From the human T2T-CHM13v2.0 reference genome, Homo sapiens, in assembly GCF_009914755.1 (NCBI RefSeq), contig NC_060938.1: a stretch of DNA of 64,000 nucleotides. One strand, 5' to 3'. Positions 58,301 through 64,000 of the stretch are shown here, in pieces. The notes beneath the pieces were generated by a model. That model ran no database searches. It was not told the origin of the DNA and saw nothing but the letters and a program-made list of their open reading frames with translations. The translations under genes and the position numbers were made by a program. Every line of letters begins with the position of its first letter. Within the stretch, counting starts at the first letter, position 1.

Positions 58301-59947
58301 AGCCATTTTGAAACTCTCTTTTTGTAGTATCTGCAAGTGGACATTTACAGCCTTTTGTGGCCTGTTGTGGAAAAGGAAATGCCTTCACATAAAAAACAGA
58401 CAGAAGTATTCTGAGAAACTTCTTTGTGATGTGTGCATTCATCTCACAGAGATGAACATTTCTCTTGATTGAGCAGTTTTGAAACAATCTTTTTGAAGTA
58501 TCTGCAAGTGAATATTTGGAGCACTTTGAGGTCTATTGTGTAAAAGGAAACATCTTCACATAAAAACTACACAGAAACTTTCTGAGAAACTTCTCTGTGA
58601 TGTGTGCATTCAACTCACGGTGTTGAACCCATTTTTTCATCGAACAGTTTTGAAACTATCTTTTTGTAGAATCTACAAGTGGATATTTGGGGCCATTTGT
58701 GGCCTATGGTGGAAATGGGAATATCTTCAACTAAAAACTGCACAGAATCATTCTGAGAAACTTCATGGTGATGTGTGCATTCATCTCACAGAGATGAATC
58801 TTTCTTTTCAGTTAGTAGTTTTGAAACATTCTTTTTGTAGAATCTGCAAGTGGATAATTGGAGCGCTTTGAGGCCTATTGTTGAAAAGAAAATATCTTCA
58901 CATGAAATGTACACAGAAGCATTCCAAGTAACCTCTTTGGGATGTGTGCATTCATCTCACAGAATTGAACTTTTCTTTTGATTGAGCAGTTTTGAAAAAC
59001 TCTCTATGTAGAATCTGCAAGTTGATATTTGGAGCTCTTAGATTCCTATTGTGGAAAAGGAAATACCTTCACATAAAAACTGCACAGAATGATTCTGAAA
59101 AACTTCTGTACAATATTTGCATTCATCTCACAGTGTTAAACCTTTATTTTCATTCAGCAGTTTCGAAACTTTATTTTTGTAGAATCTGCAAGTGGATATT
59201 TGGAGTGCTTCGAGGCCTATGGTGGAAACGGGAATATCTTCACATAAAAACTACACAGAAGCATTCTGAGAAACAACTTTGTTAAGTGTGCATTAAACTC
59301 ACAGAGTTGAAACTATCTTTTGATTGAGCAGTTTTGAAACTCTCTTTTTGTAGAATCCGCAGGAGGATATTTGGAGCCCTTTGCGGCCTATAGTGGGAAA
59401 GGAAATACCTTCACATAAAAACTACAAAAAAGATTTCTGAGGAACGTCTTGGTCATGTGTGCCTTCATCTCACAGAATTGAACCTTTCTTTTGATTGAGC
59501 AGTTTGGAAACACTCTTTTTGTGGTATCTAAAATTGGATGTTTGGATCGCATTGAGGCCTATGGTGGAAAAGGAAATATATTCACATGAGAACTACACAG
59601 AAGCATTCTGAGAAACTTCTTTGTGATGTGTGATTTCATCTCACAATGATGAACCATTCTTTTGATTGAGCAGTTTTGAAACACTCATTTTGTAGAATCT
59701 GCAAGTGGATATTTGGAGCACTTTGTGGACTATGGTGGAAATGGATATATCTTCACATAAAAACTATGCAGAAGCATTCAGAGAAACTTCTTTGGAATGT
59801 GTGCATACAACTCACCGAGTTGAACCTATCTTTTGATTGAGCAGTTTTGAAACTCTCTTTTTGTAGAATCTGCAAGTGGATATTTTGAGCCCTTTGCAGC
59901 CTATGGTAGTAAAGGAAATATTTTCACATAATAACTACACAGAAGCA
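43321..59947 (+). repeat. Sub-layer 'M', same family as 5611-23740
   Basis: GTGGATATTT, AAAACTACACAGAAGCATTCTGAG, AACCTATCTTTTG and GAATCTCTC. Confidence 0.75.
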
Positions 59948-59958
59948 AACTGGCAAAT

Positions 59959-60993
59959 GAGGCAGCAGTCAAGATGGCCAAATGGGAACAGCTCTGTTCT
60001 ACAGTTCCTATCATGAGCGACACAGAAGATGGGTGATTTCTTCATTTCCATCTGAGATACCAGGTTCATCTCACTAGGGAGTGCCAGACTGTGGGCACAG
60101 GATACTGGGTGCAGGGTGCCATGCATGGGCTGAAGCAGAGCGAGGCGTTTCCTCACATGGGAAGTGGAAGTGGTCAGGGAGTTCCCTTTCCTAATCAAAT
60201 AAAGGGGCGACAGATGGCACCTGGAAAATCAGGTCACTCCCACACTAATACTGCACTTTTTAAACAGGCTTAAAAAATGGCACACCAGGATATTATAACC
60301 CACACCTGGCTCGGAGGGTCTTACCTCCACAGTGTCTCACTGATTGCTAGCACAGCAGTCTGTGATCAAAGTACAAAGTGGCAGTAAGGCTGGTGGTGGG
60401 GCAACCTCCATTGCCCAGGCTTTCTTAGGTAAACAAAGCTGCTGGAAAGCTCGAACTGGGTGTAGACCACCACAGCTCTAGGAGGCCTGCATGACTCTGT
60501 AGGCTCCACATCTGAGAGCAGGGCACAGACAAACAAAAAGGCAGCAGTAACCTCTGCGGACTTAAATGTCCCTGTCTGACAGCTTTGAAGAGAACAGTGG
60601 TTCTCCCAGAACACAGCTGGAGATCTGAGAACGGGCAGACTGCCTCCTCAAGTGGGTCCCTGACCCCTGAACTATGAGCAGCCTAACTGAGAGGCACAAC
60701 CCAGTAGGGGCAGACTGACACCTCACACGGCCGGGTAGTCCTCTGAGACAAAATTTCCAGAGCAAAGATCAGACAGCAGCATTCGTGGTTCATGAAAATC
60801 CACTGTTCTGCAGTCACCGCTGCTGATACCCAGGCAAACAGGATCTGGAGTGGACCTCTAGCAAACTCCAACAGACCTGCAGCTGAGGGTCTACCTGTTA
60901 GAAGGAAAACTAACAAACAGAAAGGACATCCACAGCAAAAACCCAACTGTACATCACCATCATCAAAGACCAAAAGTAGATAAAACCACAAAG
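59959..60993 (+). promoter_or_regulatory. L1 5'UTR with intact YY1 core and the segment that carries the ZNF93 site
   Basis: CAAGATGGCC at 59970-59979. The extra segment lies between GGTAGTCC and ACTCCAACAGACC. ORF0 (ATG at 60411, minus strand) stops after 24 codons at CGA>TGA. Confidence 0.8.
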
Positions 60994-62010
60994 ATGAGGA
61001 AAAAACAGAGTAGAAAAACTGGAAACTCTAAAAAGCAAAGTGCCTCTCCTCCTCCAAAGGAATGCAGTTCCTCACCAGCAATGGAACAAAGCTGGACAGA
61101 GAATGACTTTGACAGGTTGAGAGAAAAAGGCTTCAGACGATCAAACTACTCCGAGCTACAGGAGGAAATTCAAACCAAAGACAAAGAAGTTAAAAACTTT
61201 GAAAAAAAATTCGACGAATGTATAACTAGAATAACCTATACAGAGAAGGGCTTAAAGGAGCTGATGGAGCTGAAAGCCAAGGCTCCAGAACAACGCGAAA
61301 AATGCAGAAGCCTCAGGAGACAATGCAATCAACTGGAAGAAAGGGTATCAGTGATGGAAGATGAAATGAATAAAATGAAGTGAGAAGGGAAGTTTAGAGA
61401 AAAAAGAATAAAAAGAAATTAACAAAACCACCAAGAAATATGGGACTATGTGAAAAGACCATATCTATGTCTGATTGGTGTACCTGAAAGTGATGTGGAG
61501 ATTGGAACTAAGTTGGAAAACACTCTGCAGGATATTATCCAGGAGAACTTCCCCAATCTAGCAAGGCAGGCCAACATTCAGATTCAGAAAATACACAGAA
61601 TGCCACAAAGATACTCCTCGAGAAGAGGAACTCCAAGAAACATAATTGTCAGATTCACCAAAGTTGAAATGAAGGAAAAAATGTTAAGGTCAGCCAGAGA
61701 GAAAGGTCAGGTTACCCTCAAAGGGAAGCCCATCAGACTAACAGCTGATCTCTTGGCAGAAACTCTACAAGCCAGAAGAGAGTGGGGGCCAATATTCAAC
61801 ATTCTTAAAGAAAAGAATTTTCAACCCAGAATTTGATATCCAGCCAAACTAAGCTTCAGAAGTGAAGGAGAAATAAAATACTTTACAGACGAGCAAATGC
61901 TGAGAGATTTTGTCACCACCAGGCCTGCCCTAAAAGAGCTCCTGAAGGAAGCACTAAACATGGAAAGAAACAACCAGTACCAGCCACTGCAAAATCATGC
62001 CAAATTGTAA
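60994..62010 (+). pseudogene. L1 ORF1p pseudogene
   Basis: 1017-bp span (338 codons + TAA) starting MRKKQSRKTGNSKKQSASPPPKE, with in-frame stops at 61381, 61420 and 61834. Confidence 0.93.
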
Positions 62011-62073
62011 AGACCATTGTGGCTAGTAAGAAACTACATCAACTAAAGAGCAAAATAACCAGCTAACATCATA

Positions 62074-64000
62074 AAGACGGATCAAAATCACACATAACAA
62101 TATTAACTCTAAATGTAAATGGACTAAATGCTCCAATTAAAGACATAGACTGGCAATTTGGATAAAGAGTCAAGACCCATCAGTGTGCTGTATTCAGGAA
62201 ACCTATCTCACGTGCAGAGACACACATAGGCTCAAAATAAAACGATGGAGTAAGATCTACCAAGTAAATGGAAAATAAAAAAAGACAGGGGTTGCAATCC
62301 TAGTCTCTGATAAAACAGACTTTAAACCAACAAAGATCAAAAGAGACAAAGAAGGCCATTACATAATGGTAAAGGGATCAATTCAACAAGAAGAGCTAAC
62401 TATCCTAAATATATAGGCACCCAATACAGGAGCATCCAGATTCATAAAGCAAGTCCTGAGTGACCTACAAAGAGACTTAGACTCCCACACATTAATAATA
62501 GGAGACTTTAACATCCCACTGTCTATATTAGACAGACCAAAGCGACAGTTAACAAGTATACCCAGGAATTGAACTCAGCTCTGCACCAGAGGATCTAATA
62601 GACATCTACAGAACTCTCCACCCCAAGTTGACAGAATATACATTTTTTTCAGCACCACACCACACCTATTCCAAAATTGACCACATAGTTGGAAGTAAAG
62701 CCCTCCTCAGCAAATGTAAAAGAACAGAAATTATAACAAACTGTCTCTCAGACCACAGTGCAATCAAACTAGAACTCAGGATTAAGAAACTCACTCAAAA
62801 CCACTCAACTACATGGAAACTGAACAACCTGCTCCTGAATGACTACTGGGTACATAACGAAATGAAGGCAGAAATAAAGATGATCTTTGAAACCAACGAG
62901 AACAAAGACACAACATACCAGAATCTCTGGGACACATTCAAAGCAGTGTGTAGAGGGAAATTTATAGCACTAAATGCCCACAAGAGAAAGGAGGAAAGAT
63001 CCAAAATTGACACCCTAACATCACAATTAAAAGAACTAGAAAAGCAAGAGCAAACATATTCAAAAGCTAGCAGAAGGCAAGAAATAAGTAAAATCAGAGT
63101 AGAACTGAAAGAAATAGAGACACAAAAAACCCTTGAAAAATTAATGAATCCAGGAGCTGGTTTTTTGAAAAGATCAACAAAAGTGATAGACTGCTACCAA
63201 GACTAATAAAGAAGAAAAGAGAGAACAATCAAATAGATGCAATAAAAAATCATAAAGCAGGAATAACATCAATCCCACAGAAATATGAACTACCATTAGA
63301 GACTACTACTTACACTCTACACAAATAAACTACAAAATCAAGAAGAAATGAATAAATTCCTTGACACATACACCCTCCCAAGACTAAACCAGGAAGAAGT
63401 TGACTCTCTGAATAGACCAATGAGAGGCTCTGAAATTGTGGCAATAATCAATAGCTTAACAACGAAAAACAGTCCAGGACCAGATGGATTCACAGTCAAA
63501 TTCTACCAGAGGCACAAGGAGGAACTGGTACCATTCCTTCTGAAACTTTTCCAATCAACAGAAAAAGAGGGAATCCTTCCTAACTCATTTTATGAGGCCA
63601 GCATCATCCAGATACCAAAGCCGGGTAGAGGCCCAACCAAAAAACAAAACTTTAGACCCATATCCTTGATGAATATTGATGCAAAAATCCTCAATAAAAT
63701 ACTGGCAAACAGAATCCAGCAGCATACCAAAAAGCTTATCCACCATGATCAAGTGGGCTTCATCCCTGGGATGCAAGGCTGGTTCAATATATGCAAATCA
63801 ATAAATGTAATCCAGCATATAAACAGAACCGAAGACAAAAACCACCTGATTATCTCAATAGATGCAAAAAAGGCCTTTGACAAAATTCAACAACACTTCA
63901 TGCTTAAAACTCTGAATAAATTAGGTATTGATGGGACGTATCTCAAAATAATAAGAGCTAGCTATGACAGACCCACAGCCAATATCATACTGAATGGGCA
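62074..64000 (+). pseudogene. L1 ORF2p pseudogene, 5' half
   Basis: The start codon is mutated (ATCATAAAGACGGATC versus ATCATAATGACAGGATC) and there are several indels and stops. Fragment [40 protein letters not shown] is the EN domain. Confidence 0.93.

Larger units (their letters stand above)
30670..59947 (+). repeat. Alpha satellite array, divergent monomeric, ~171 monomers, forward orientation
   Basis: ~171-bp period of CATTCTGAGAAACTTCTTTGTGATGTGTGCATTC, TGTAGAATCTGCAAGTGGA and GGAAAAGGAAATATCTTCACATAAAA, which are the reverse complements of the left-array motifs. Confidence 0.98.
59959..64000 (+). mobile_element. LINE-1 with complete 5' end, L1PA3-6160 / L1PA4-like, inactive, runs off the window
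   Basis: Starts GAGGCAGCAGTCAAGATGGCC. The ~1035-bp 5'UTR retains the extra ~128-bp segment (60742-60869). ORF1 ends ..HAKL*, and ORF2 EN and the start of RT follow. Confidence 0.95.

Overview
This is primate (hominoid, human-like) pericentromeric DNA; species and chromosome cannot be fixed from the sequence. About 54 kb is divergent, monomeric ~171-bp alpha satellite with A-type monomers and no intact CENP-B box seen, i.e. relic centromere layers. It is interrupted by two + strand LINE-1 elements: a full-length, decayed L1PA2/late-L1PA3-type copy (24578-30674) and a 5'-complete L1PA3-6160/L1PA4-type copy (59959 to the window end). There are no host genes; all short ORFs in the satellite are artefacts. 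The main structural signal is that the satellite switches strand across the first L1, which has no target-site duplication and ends in a probable 3' transduction, so it marks an inversion breakpoint. Other signals: the two L1s differ by the ~129-bp ZNF93-escape deletion; two monomer families alternate in blocks; there are several near-identical local or non-tandem duplications and decayed multi-monomer (HOR-like) repeats; and a poly(A)-type insertion replaces part of one monomer. I found no new protein-coding system. All comparisons were made by eye and consensus sequences were recalled, not aligned.
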